Shown: positions 1-10,524 of the stretch, in pieces
How positions within the stretch are numbered: position 1 is the first letter of the stretch
How the letters are laid out: the number at the start of each line of letters is the position of its first letter
Source: Cyanidioschyzon merolae
Lineage: Eukaryota
Reading direction: 5' to 3' (one strand)
Length of the DNA stretch: 64,000 bases
Assembly: GCA_000091205.1 (NCBI GenBank)
Contig: AP006502.2
Notes under the pieces: model-generated
Told to the model about the DNA's origin: nothing
Seen by the model: the letters and a program-made list of their open reading frames with translations, nothing else
The model's database searches: none
Position numbers and translations under genes: made by a program

Positions 1-199
1 AAGTTTCGGGGGGAAAAGTCAAAGTCAGTGTTCTGATTACTGAGGATCGCTTCGGATAGACGTCGTCAGAAAAGCTAAGCTGTACCTTTTGGGTATCTGT
101 AACGTTCTCACCTTCCGAAGTGTCCAGTACGACGTTGCAGTCCTAGACTTGAAAGAAACCGCTTTCGATCTCGGCTTGCTCTGCAACGATCGCCGGCGG

Positions 200-1729
200 A
201 TGATTACCACTCTGTTTTGGGTACCCCGCGGGACAGCAGCAGCTGCTGCTTCTGTGCCTCTGGAGACTGCAAGTGAACCTGACGACGCCGCATCGCACTC
301 GTCTGAGGACTGCTCAGACGGAGAGCGCACCAGCGATGCTGCGGAAGTGGGCCTTGAGCAGGTGCTCACGCTTCCAGACGACTTTTGGGAGACTAGTGAT
401 CCAAACTTGCACAAGCACAAGCTCGACTGGGAGCAACAGGACATTGAAGATGAACGCTTTCAGCAAGAAGACTGGGTTCTGTTTGCGGGGCGTCTCTACG
501 AGGACGACAGTTGCGGCTTTGAGGTATGCGTCGTGGAGCGCCCTGATGTCGAGTGCTGCGCGAAGCCGCTCTCATGGGAGGCGATCGATACCAATATTTA
601 CGTCCATCATGATGGCATTCTCGCAGCACCACCGCTGAGCAGCGCATACACGGACTATGATGGACGTTGCCTTGCGGCAGTTGGCACATTTGCACCCACT
701 GTAGAGCTCTGGGATCTCGTTCAAATGAATGCAGTAGAGCCGTTGATGATTCTGGACACCGTGGCTGCCGCTCAAACGAGCCCCTCTCTTGGACACAATG
801 CCGCAGTAAAGCAGCGAACGCGAAACGCACAGCATCGCTTGACCCGGGATCTCCAACGAAAACGAAAGCGGCCCAGTGGAGATCGTAGCCAAGGCGGCAG
901 CACCGCCGCTTCTGCATCTGGAGTGCTTTGTCTGGGCTTTCATCCCCGAGAGAGATGGATGCTCGCTGCCGGCTCTGCGACTGGTCATATCCATTTCTGG
1001 GACATTCGCGACGGAGCCTGTGTGGTGACGCTCCCCGACCTGCATCGCGACAAGCCACAGGCGCTGGCGTGGCACCCGCTACAGCACAGTCTTCTACTCA
1101 CCGCCGGTTTCGATCGACGAGCTTGTCTGGTGGATTTACGAGCGCATTCACTGCATTCAGCGGCTTCGGGAGAGATCCAGCTGACTCGAGACCCCGAGCA
1201 GGTACTCTGGCGCTCCGAAAACCAATGCCTGCTCAGTGACGAGGGCGGCTCCATTAGCGCCTTCGACATTCGCCGGATCGGGAAGACGGAAACCGCACTG
1301 CTCTGGAGCTTTCAAGCTTGTCGAGATCGGCCAGCATTGATGACACTTGCACCAACGGTTCCGGATATGTTGGTGGTCGGCTCCACGGATGGCCATTTGC
1401 GGGTCTATGATCTCTCGATGCTGGAGCATTGCGGTGGTGTCTCGGCTACAGAGGCCTCCAAGGCACCGCAGTGGACGCCACTCGCTCAGGTGAACGCACA
1501 TGCAGGCGCTCTGTTCGCGGTGGAGTCTTGTCCAGATGAGGTTTTCGGCTTCGGGGTGGCGTGCGGGGGCTCCAAGGGCATCTTGACAGTTGTCGATGTC
1601 GCTGAGAGCGCTCCGCAAGTTCTCCAGCACTTTCGTGGGCGCGCCTCAAGATCCGCTGCTGAAGTAGGTGCTCGTCTAGCTTGCATCGATTCGCTGGAAG
1701 AATCCGGTTCACTTGACGTCGACAAGTGA
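200..1729 (+). CDS. WD40-repeat protein, periodic tryptophan protein 1 (PWP1)-like
   Basis: ORF 89..1729 in track starts with TTG; first ATG at 200 gives MITTLFWVPRG (PWP1-like N-terminus). Motifs AVGTFAPTVELWDL, GHIHFWDIRDG..LAWHP..LLTAGFDRRACLVDLR, HLRVYDL match PWP1 WD repeats. Acidic N-terminal region. Confidence 0.6.
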   Translation: MITTLFWVPRGTAAAAASVPLETASEPDDAASHSSEDCSDGERTSDAAEVGLEQVLTLPDDFWETSDPNLHKHKLDWEQQDIEDERFQQEDWVLFAGRLYEDDSCGFEVCVVERPDVECCAKPLSWEAIDTNIYVHHDGILAAPPLSSAYTDYDGRCLAAVGTFAPTVELWDLVQMNAVEPLMILDTVAAAQTSPSLGHNAAVKQRTRNAQHRLTRDLQRKRKRPSGDRSQGGSTAASASGVLCLGFHPRERWMLAAGSATGHIHFWDIRDGACVVTLPDLHRDKPQALAWHPLQHSLLLTAGFDRRACLVDLRAHSLHSAASGEIQLTRDPEQVLWRSENQCLLSDEGGSISAFDIRRIGKTETALLWSFQACRDRPALMTLAPTVPDMLVVGSTDGHLRVYDLSMLEHCGGVSATEASKAPQWTPLAQVNAHAGALFAVESCPDEVFGFGVACGGSKGILTVVDVAESAPQVLQHFRGRASRSAAEVGARLACIDSLEESGSLDVDK

Positions 1730-2625
1730 CCGAGGGAGGCAGCGCTCAGCGCACAGCAGGTGCGTTTGCATACTGCGATCAGGGCCGCGATGTCTATAAC
1801 TGCACTACTGGCGCTTGCTCCGTTTGCGATCAGTGTATCCGAATCGCACTGGTATACCTGTGTATTGAGAGGCTCGACGGTCATCGTAGCGTATCACGAG
1901 CACATATGCTACTCGTCGAAAGCTGCAAACTCGTGATTTATGCGTCGTGCGCGTGTATCCTTCGCTACTGGCATGAGGCTCGTCTTCAAGCGCTGACGCT
2001 AGGGCTTTTGACGCATTCAGCGTTCTGGAGATACCGCCTGATAGCGTGCGTGCCGCTGGCAACGTAGTCCCTGTTGCCACCCGTAGGCGGTTGGGTTCCT
2101 CGAACTCGCTCAGGCATCCGAGCTGGCGATCATTGTCGATTGTTACCGACGCTACGCATGGGAAAAGCCGACCAAAGGCTGGTGCCAAGAACCAAATCGT
2201 TGCGAACGGGGAGTGCTATTCGCCCAGACAGCATCACAATCGGAAGCACCAGCAACACCGGCACCTGAAGGCATTTCGTGTTCCAGGAAAGCCATCTGGG
2301 TGCGTGTTTGTTCGAGTTCCTGGCCAGCAGCTTTGCTTTATCGGTTTTCCGGGCAGCCGCAAGCCTACCAAAATACGGGTTGAGCTCGCTCTGGGGCGAT
2401 CCGCTACGCTGCAGCCTTGCGAGCTGCAGGAATCCGTTTGAAGACGCAAGCGCTACCAGCCACAGACGGAGGAAGCGGTGTGAAGCGCTGCACGTGCACC
2501 GCTCCTAACGCCCAGGAGCACAAGGCCGTGGAACAAGCCTTCCGTCCTGTCCCTGCAGTACGAGCGAGCGTTCGGCAATACACGTCAACAGAAGGATAAA
2601 TGTTTCAAAACCATGACGAGTAAAT

Positions 2626-3491
2626 CTATATACCCATGCGCTGACGCCTCCCGGAACTTTTTGACCAGCCGCCTGCTATCGGTCTCAGTTTCTCCTTGGA
2701 CACTTCGAGACTTCGAGGCTGTCCGAGAACGTTCACCTGCGTCAGCTCCGCGGGTCTTTTCATGAGCTCGGCACATCGTCTGATATTGATGGCGGCATTA
2801 AGGTCTCGGTTCGAAAAGCCCATGCGCCTATCGCCTCTGCTTGAAGTCACCCAGGCAGGGATTCCCAGAACTCGTGCCCGCCGTTCCATTTGATGCTCTG
2901 TCAGCGCTCCCTGCTTTTCTATCGCCGAAACGCTTCGCTGCCTTTTCTCCATATCGACCTTCTGAAATCTACATCTCAGCTCATCCCTTAATTTCTCTTA
3001 AATGAACGCACTTGTTCTTTAGATACCCAAGTGGGAACCTTCCCTGATCGACACGGATATGCAGAAGAGGGGCGAGGTGTGCCCCGGTGTGTCAACGTTT
3101 GCTGAACGCTTCAGCGATTCGTCCAGAAGAGCGATGATTACGTTTCGCAATAGAAGACACTCCTTCGAAGCGGTTCATCCGTGGACAGTGCGGAGTAATG
3201 GAAAGCAGCTCTATTTCGACCGAATCGGGAAAAGCGAAAACTCAAGCGGAACGGTGAAGTGCCACGTTGGTCAATGGAAGGACGTCTACAGATTTCACGG
3301 GAAAAGTCTTCAATGATTCGATCAAGTGGTTGGTTCTGTTGTATGTGCCTGCTGCATGAGCGGAACTGAGGCCGCCGAATGCATCCACCGCAGCTAGAAC
3401 AGACGATCATGGCCTCGTTCTCTTCGAGTTCGATCCTACATACAACAGGTTCGTTCTCCGCCAATGCCGATATACGCCCCGACCGCTTCAT
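2626..3491 (-). mobile_element. Degenerate TnpB/Fanzor-like (IS605 OrfB family) C-terminal fragment: RuvC-II-like, CxxCG zinc finger, RuvC-III
   Basis: Minus-strand ORF 3138..3491 has VVCRIELEENEAM (RuvC-II-like) and CSSCGGC zinc-finger motif. Adjacent ORF 2626..2952 has RDLNAAINIRRC, the hallmark RuvC-III DRDxNAAxNI motif. The two ORFs are in different frames and so were not read as one CDS. Confidence 0.5.
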
Positions 3492-4333
3492 CCGGAGGAA
3501 CTCTCATCGACTGGAAAAACAAACCGACTGGCCTGTGCTTTATGCCGATAGCGGGTTCCAGGAATTCTGCTGTTGCGATTTCGTTCTAAGTTGGTCGTGC
3601 GTAAACTAGGACTTTTTTGCGACTGTATCCCGATGTTTTCAGGACCACACGAATTAGCTGGTGACAAACAGAGACGCCCTTGGCGGCGACGATCTTCGGT
3701 TTTGCCTTCCGCAAAAGGGGATCAACGGGTTGTTTTTGAAGCATCGACCGCAAGCAGTCTCTGAAAATATCGGTTTCTGGCGCGAAGCGCATCTATTGCT
3801 TTGTTTCAGTGTTCCTCAAACGTCTGCCTACTGCGGTATTTCTGAGCGCAATAAGGGATGCAGTCCTCGTTACACTGTTCAGTAAATATTATATCCTACA
3901 GACAACTCGTCTACAATCCATAAACTATATCGCATCGTGATTTCGATCCTCTGCTATCCATTGCGGCCGGCGGGTGCAACAAAATCGTCATGAAATACTG
4001 CAATGCTGAACGTGTCCGAGTACTGTCCTTATCAAGGCGGAATTGGACGCATCTCAGTCGGCTTTGTCGACGCTTGTTCACACTGATGACGAGCATACCT
4101 TTCGCTGCAGTGACGAGCGAGCGCAGCGCGTGCCCGCGGTGCTTGTCAACTGGGGCTCCGTGGCACGCGCTGACACCGGCATCGCTTTCATTGTCCACAT
4201 GCGACAAATCCTTCATCGCAACGATCTCATCGAGTCAAGGGATCGAATGTCTCCGTTTACCGTAACGCAGAACGTTGTCTCCAGATCCAGTACTGCTTTA
4301 CGGGGGCGTCGAATTCTAAGGCAAGCATCTCCC

Positions 4334-5629
4334 CTAGATGCGCTGCTGGGGTGCTGCGGCATGCTCCTGCAGCATATGCACGTCGAGGCGCTGCTGGACG
4401 GCATCGATAAACTCCTCTGTATTGAGGTAGTTTTCCCGTTTGCTGCCCTGTTCCGTCCCGTACACTGCAATCGAGAGGTCCTTTGTCATCTTACCATCCA
4501 GGATTGTCTCGATACAGGACCGCTCCAACGCCTCAGCGAAATGTGCAACATCCGGGGTTCCGTCGAGTGTCGCCCGATGGGCCAGGCCTCGTGCCCATGC
4601 CACAATACTAGCAACGGAATTGGTACTCGTTTCCTTTCCCTGCTGATGGAGTCGGAAATGTCGCGTCACTGTGCCGTGAGCCGCCTCCGCCAACAGCGTC
4701 TTGCCGTCCGGCGTAAGCAGGACGCTGCTCATGAGTCCCAACGAACCGTAGCCCTGTGCTATAATGTCAGACTGCACATCTCCATCATAATTCTTGCAAG
4801 CCCATAAAAACCCACCCGATGACTTTAACGCTTGAGCAACCATATCGTCAATGAGGCGGTGCTCATACCAGAGCGCGGCCCGAGTGAAGCGTTCCCGATA
4901 ATCCCTTTCGTACAGTTCCTGGAAAATGTCCCGCCAACGTCCATCGTACACTTTGAGAATCGTATTTTTCGTGCTCAAGTACATTGGCAGCTTCCTCCTT
5001 AACGCAAACTCGAAGCAAGAGCGGGCGAAGTTTCGAATGCTTTCGTCTGTATTGAACATGCCGAGAGCGACGCCGCCGCCGTCGGTGCTCGACGCGAACT
5101 GGTGCACCTGGCGACGCTCGAGCTCCATGCCTTGGGCATCCAAAACTCGCAGCTCAACGCGACATGCTGGCGGCACCCGCAAGTCCTGTGCTTTGTACTG
5201 GTCTCCGAAGCCGTGGCGAGCGATGACGATCGGTTGCTTCCAGCCTGGCACAAGGCGCGGAATATTCTCAACCAGGATCGGTTCGCGAAACACAGTACCG
5301 TTTAAGACGTTCCGCAAGGTACCGTTCGGCGACGGGTACATGCGCTTGAGATGAAACTCCTCGACACGTGCCTCGTCTGGTGTTATGGTAGCAGCCTTAA
5401 CCGCTGCGTGATGCTGTTGTACCGCTCGTGCTGCTTCCAGGGTAACGCCGTCGTCCGTAGCGTCTCGAACGGGTAAACCCAGGTCGAAATAAACGATGTC
5501 CAGATTGAGGTACGGAAGAATGAGTTTGTTCTTGATCAGGTGCCAGATGACACGCGCTTGTTCGTCTCCATCAAGCTCGACTATCGGATTTCGCACTCTG
5601 ATTTTGGAAAAAGCAGGTACGTTCGACAT
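4334..5629 (-). CDS. IDH: NADP-dependent isocitrate dehydrogenase (eukaryotic IDH1/IDH2 type)
   Basis: Near-complete colinearity with eukaryotic NADP-IDH: [87 protein letters not shown] at 5629 ([10 protein letters not shown]). Upstream part of the track ORF (to 6088) looks non-coding. Confidence 0.9.
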   Translation of the reverse strand: MSNVPAFSKIRVRNPIVELDGDEQARVIWHLIKNKLILPYLNLDIVYFDLGLPVRDATDDGVTLEAARAVQQHHAAVKAATITPDEARVEEFHLKRMYPSPNGTLRNVLNGTVFREPILVENIPRLVPGWKQPIVIARHGFGDQYKAQDLRVPPACRVELRVLDAQGMELERRQVHQFASSTDGGGVALGMFNTDESIRNFARSCFEFALRRKLPMYLSTKNTILKVYDGRWRDIFQELYERDYRERFTRAALWYEHRLIDDMVAQALKSSGGFLWACKNYDGDVQSDIIAQGYGSLGLMSSVLLTPDGKTLLAEAAHGTVTRHFRLHQQGKETSTNSVASIVAWARGLAHRATLDGTPDVAHFAEALERSCIETILDGKMTKDLSIAVYGTEQGSKRENYLNTEEFIDAVQQRLDVHMLQEHAAAPQQRI

Positions 5630-6993
5630 GTTTGCACAAAGGCTTCGTCCTGTTGTTCGCCTCAAAAACTTGGGAAAGCAGTGACCCCGTCTTCGATTAC
5701 AACAACAATTTCCCAAGGACCGGCACGGTGCAAAACCTGTTCGTTTCCACGAGCCCCCGTGGCTAAGAAAAGCACTCGAAAGCGCGCAGCAAGCCTTCCT
5801 GAGCACAAGCATCGATGATGGACGAGTGAGTCTGGCGGGTTCGAGAGATCGCTGCCGCGCCGGCTTGTGTTCGCTGGAGATCAAGCGCGCAGCAGGCTGC
5901 TGCTTATGGGGTGGTGGTATGGTTGAAACGGGGTTTCGGATAAGTGTGGCAGTGATGATGATGATGATGGTGATGGTATACCAGCTTTCATTGGACACTT
6001 GGCCAAAGCACCGGACTATGATGCAGCGACGGGATTCGCATGTATTTCGTAGCGTGCACTCAAGTGGAGAAATTTTGTTTTGTTGCACTGGATCGGAGAA
6101 GGGGTTTCAACGGCCTTGGTGATCTGATGAACCGATACGAGTCGGATCTCGGCTTGCGAACCTATCGGTGGATAGGCAGCTCACTGCACCGTGCTGCAGC
6201 ATACGAAAGGAGCGTGCTAGAGCGTCCAAAATCGGATGACGCTGAACCCATGTCAGACTGGAATAGAGCGGGTCGACACGAGCGACCTGGGCGTACACCA
6301 TAGATACTTGATTTCATTCGATTCTCATCAACACCAGCTTTTGCGAACCTTTTTCGTGCGACTGCTTCCTTTTTCTTTTTCATGTGGATTGCTCCAACTA
6401 CGCAGGTACTTTTCGTATCGAACGCTTGCTTGTCAGCATACGCAGCTTCGCGATGCAAGGACAAGTCCCGACTTGGCCGCTTCAGGCTCTAATTGACGTC
6501 CTCGAAGCAAAGACGGTCGTTGCGATCGATGTTTCGCTTGACAATTGCATTTTTATTTGTGTACAACCTGGGTGCAAGCTTCACAGCAGCGACACTTGGC
6601 AGTGCGCAGGCATTCTATACGTATATCGAGGCTTCTCACGCGCCGATGGCTGCCTCTTGGCACGGGCAGGCGTGCTTCATTGCTCGGAACATGACCTGGA
6701 CAGGTACAGAGGGCTCTTCTCAATGCCTTTTCACGTTTCCGTGGCTGGCCCTGAAACCCACAATCACCGGCGTGCTCTGGGCGATGCTCGCTGCGAGCAC
6801 GTCGCTCCATTCCATAAAGGATACATGGAACGCTAGCTTGTCCATGATGGAACATTTCATGGAAAGACAATACTGGTTCGCAAATGAGTTGAGAAACTTT
6901 GATCCGTCTACGTCCCTTCGTGCAAAACGGTGGACTACGCCCCACTGGAAGCGATCGCTGTAATCACTCTAGTCCCAGTGCATGAAGCTTGTA

Positions 6994-7053
6994 GTCTTTC
7001 GAGTCGGTGATATTCCACGCACCTGGGTCTGGAATATCACCGACTCGAAAGAC
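6994..7053. repeat. Perfect inverted repeat (24-bp stem, 12-nt loop) hairpin
   Basis: gtctttcgagtcggtgatattcca / cgcacctgggtc / tggaatatcaccgactcgaaagac. The arms are exact reverse complements. Located in the IDH / RabGGT-beta divergent intergenic region. Confidence 0.85.
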
Positions 7054-7504
7054 GATAGTGCTGCGGGATCGATGACCGAAAACCCAGCCGCCCAAATGTG
7101 CAAACCTGGTCGATTATTCGAACATGAACCTCACTCTTCCACTGCGACTTGAAAGCTGCATACGTCCCAGGTCACCGGACGAGTGCAGAGGTCGCATACT
7201 GTCGTACCAGAGACGCAAACTCGACAAGCCCAGGCGCCCTGCACATGCACTGTGGAACGCAACATCGCCAGAGCTCCAAACGTCAAACTTTAGCCATTTG
7301 CGTTCCTTTTACTGCTCAAGTTCGACACCACGGGGAACTCGTCGCCTAATCGGCACTCTGTTAGCGTTCGTCTATTGCACGTGAACTTGCCCTAGCGCAA
7401 TAAACGGTCCCCGAGTGCGACCTTCGAAGCTCGGCTTGTGGGCAATGCGCTTGCTTGCTCCGATTGCACTGGAGTAGAGGCGGTACAACAGCTTCGTCGT
7501 GCCC

Positions 7505-8602
7505 ATGACATCACCAGCGCTGCCGCTGCAGCTCCCGCGCTCCGAGCACATCGCTTTTTTGGGCCAGTACGTAAACCGGGACGTCAGGGCTTTGCCATCT
7601 ACCTTTGAGCTTTGGGTCACGGAGCATAAGAAACTCTCTGCCGCCTACTGGACGGTCGTTGCACTAGCGCTGCTGGACGCCCTGGATCTGGTGCCACGCG
7701 AGCGTTTGCGAGACTGGGTGCTGGAGTGTCGAGACCCGTGTGGCGGGTTTGGCGGCGACGTTGGACAGGACCCGCATCTGCTCTATACGTTATCAGCGGT
7801 CCAGATCCTTTTCTTACTGGGAGAAGAGGCGCGCCTGGACCGGTCATCCATCATAGCATATGTGGCAAGCCTTCAGCAACCTGACGGATCTTTCGCAGGC
7901 GATACCTGGGGCGAGATCGACACCCGCTTCTGCTTCTGTGCGGCGCTTACGCTCGCCATACTTGGTGTTCCATTGCAACAACGCGAGCATTCTCGGAATT
8001 CTCCAGAAAAGACGAACGAAATCGAACGTCCCATTCGCACCGATGCCCTAGTAGACTACATCATGCGATGCGAAAACGATGACGGAGGCTTTGGTGTTAT
8101 CCCCGGCGCAGAATCCCATGCTGGTCAGGTTTTCTGCTGTGTCGGCACGCTGGCGTTGTGTGGAGCTCTCTATCGGCTTCGAGACGGCGGCAATAGGCTG
8201 GCTCGTTGGCTCGCGTATCGCCAACTTCGAAACGGAGGTTTCAATGGTCGTCCCGATAAGTTACCGGACGTTTGCTACAGCTGGTGGGTACTGGCCTCGC
8301 TTAAAATCATCGCAAAGGACCATTGGATCTCTGCTGACGCTCTTGAGCGTTTCATCTTCTCCTGTCATGCGCAGAGAGAGAGTCAGAACACATACGCTGG
8401 CGGCATTGCAGACCGACCAGGTGACGAGCCGGATGTCTTCCATACCTTTTTTGGCCTGGCTGGTCTGTCGCTGCTCGAGAGGCAGCAGCTGATCGCCATT
8501 GATCCTGTCTACGCTCTTCCGTGTGCGCTTGTGAAACGCATTCATGCCGCCAACCCCAAAGCGGAACTCGTGGACACAACCGAAGGGGTGTCACAAGTTT
8601 GA
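7505..8602 (+). CDS. RABGGTB: Rab geranylgeranyltransferase (GGTase-II) beta subunit
   Basis: Prenyltransferase alpha-alpha toroid repeats colinear with RABGGTB/Bet2: GGFGG..HDPHLLYTLSAVQIL, DGSFAGDTWGEIDTRFCFCA, DGGFGVIPGAESHAGQVFCC, NGRPDKLPDVCYSWWVLASLKII, DRPGDEPDVFHTFFGLAGLSLL. Track ORF starts at GTG 7499; first ATG is 7505. Confidence 0.85.
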   Translation: MTSPALPLQLPRSEHIAFLGQYVNRDVRALPSTFELWVTEHKKLSAAYWTVVALALLDALDLVPRERLRDWVLECRDPCGGFGGDVGQDPHLLYTLSAVQILFLLGEEARLDRSSIIAYVASLQQPDGSFAGDTWGEIDTRFCFCAALTLAILGVPLQQREHSRNSPEKTNEIERPIRTDALVDYIMRCENDDGGFGVIPGAESHAGQVFCCVGTLALCGALYRLRDGGNRLARWLAYRQLRNGGFNGRPDKLPDVCYSWWVLASLKIIAKDHWISADALERFIFSCHAQRESQNTYAGGIADRPGDEPDVFHTFFGLAGLSLLERQQLIAIDPVYALPCALVKRIHAANPKAELVDTTEGVSQV

Positions 8603-9567
8603 ATGCGATATCCATTTACGGATGAGAGACGTATCCTTCGCAGTTCCGATACACAATGCGCAAATCCTGGTGTGTGCTGGTGCTCGTGACACAGTGACCG
8701 GGAAAACAAGGACGCTTTTTTCACCAATTGGACAAGATTTTGCGGTGCGCCGTTAACTAACAACGTGCTTGTTGCATGTATGCACGGCTCGAGTTTCAGA
8801 AGCAACGGGATCACGTCTCTTTTCCTGCTAGCGCTCCCTGTCGTTGACTGTGCTCATCTTCTACGACAGCGCACAAGCGTTGCAGCGCTCAAAAAATTCA
8901 TGGAAATACGCACGCGCAAACCAGAGCAATGCGCCCCCATCCTTTCTGTGGATATTAATGTATCTATTTTCACGTGCTCATCGAAGTCGTAACGTGTAGG
9001 AATTCGCCGATCCGACCAATAAATCAAATGCGCTTGCTGGTTGCTACCCCAGAGCGAGTCCCTGCCAGCGCAGCGCAGACACGCTTCATTACCGTTCGGT
9101 TCCGCGTTCGCGTACACCATGACATGGGCCATCATTCTGGTACGAGAGCGCGCAGCATCCACGAGGCCTGCCCCAGCCTCCCGGTCACTGGCACCGTGAT
9201 TCAATCCCGCTAAGCCAGTCGCTTACGGATTCGCATACCAGCCTTGGGGCGGAGACGGTGCTCGAATGAGGAGAGCGACCTGCAACGCGCCCAGCGAGCG
9301 CACTACAGGCAAGCTCTTCGCACCCATACGTTGCCGCGTTCGCACGAGTGTGCCTCGGTGATCCGTACAAGGCAACAAAAGGCAGATGCGCTGGTGCGTC
9401 CTGATCATGGACCCGGGCTCGTGATCGCATTAGCAGCGCTCGCTCGATAGCGTCGATGCAACGCTCCTCAATACACTGATCGGCATCAAGCAGGCGGGGA
9501 TCGCCCATTCGGTGCATCGATCCTACACCAGGAAGAAAATAGCGACAATGCGGGTGCGCTACTCGCC

Positions 9568-10524
9568 TCAGTCTGTCAGTGAGCGCAGTCCTCGGGTTTC
9601 CTGGATGAAATCGGCGATAGCCTGATAGTAACGCTCACCACCTCGATACCAAGTGTCATTATGTGTTCCATCAGGAATGTATACCATTCGAGCAAGCATG
9701 CAGGAACCCGCTCGAGCAGCGTTGTACAGAGCATCCATATGCGATGGAGGTACGAGTTCATCTTGCCGACCGCTGATAAACAGAATCGGAGACCGGATCT
9801 TGCCGACCAGGGCCAGGGAATTCCACGGGTTACGATTCAGTCGCTTGAGCCAGCGCAGGCCTCGTGGAAAAACCACGTCAATCATGTCGCCGATACAAGT
9901 AAATGTATTCTCCACGATGACGCCGCGGAGTTTGGAACCGTACTTGCGACCGAGCCAGAGCGCTACGGCACCGCCAATCGAACGCCCGAATACATAGAGG
10001 AGGTCGCTTTCGATCAGACGGGCTGACGGTACCCGACCTGCCGCTGTGGATGTTCCGCTATCATCCGCTGCGGCATGTTTTCCGGCGTTCAAACAGAACT
10101 CCATCGCTGCTGAAGCGTCGAGCTTGAAACCCTGCTCCGATGGCGTGCCAGACGACTCTCCATAGCCGCGATAGCTGACCATCAGAACATTGCACTGACA
10201 TGTTGCGATTAGGTTGCGCACGTCTTGCAGGCGGTGTGACAGGTTGCCTGCGTTGCCGTGGAAGTAGATGATCGTAACCCGCGGCCTTTGACCTGTTTCA
10301 CTTCGTACTGGAAACACAAGCCACGCATGAATTCGTGTACCGTCGACAGCTCGCAGCGCAACGTCCTCATACGCGAGACCCTCGAACTGGTCAGGGTACG
10401 CATCGTAGTGTCGTGAAGGTATCTGCGGCAGATAGAGAAGCTTCTCCTGCTTGAGGTACAGCGCGCCGCCCAGAAGCCCAACAGCACCGAGCGCTACACC
10501 TAGTATGGGCACGATCGCTGCCAT
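9568..10524 (-). CDS. Alpha/beta-hydrolase, BEM46/ABHD13 family, with N-terminal membrane anchor
   Basis: IIYFHGNAGNLSHRL, MVSYRGYGESSG, nucleophile elbow GRSIGGAVAL, VENTFTCIGDMIDV, ILFISGRQDELVPPSHMDALY, PDGTHNDTW. Order and spacing as in ABHD13/Bem46. N-terminal hydrophobic segment AIVPILGVALGAVGLLGGALYL. ATG at 10524 (track start is GTG 10539). Confidence 0.75.
   Translation of the reverse strand: MAAIVPILGVALGAVGLLGGALYLKQEKLLYLPQIPSRHYDAYPDQFEGLAYEDVALRAVDGTRIHAWLVFPVRSETGQRPRVTIIYFHGNAGNLSHRLQDVRNLIATCQCNVLMVSYRGYGESSGTPSEQGFKLDASAAMEFCLNAGKHAAADDSGTSTAAGRVPSARLIESDLLYVFGRSIGGAVALWLGRKYGSKLRGVIVENTFTCIGDMIDVVFPRGLRWLKRLNRNPWNSLALVGKIRSPILFISGRQDELVPPSHMDALYNAARAGSCMLARMVYIPDGTHNDTWYRGGERYYQAIADFIQETRGLRSLTD

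Noticed and set aside
393-1075. Long minus-strand ORFs (221 and 167 aa) overlapping the PWP1-like gene
   Set aside because: They are antisense to a gene with clear family similarity, have Arg/Ser/Cys-rich composition and no recognisable domain. Such antisense ORFs are expected in GC-rich coding DNA because stop codons are rare.
4043-4807. 254-aa plus-strand ORF
   Set aside because: It lies entirely antisense to the well-supported isocitrate dehydrogenase CDS and has no family features. Treated as spurious.
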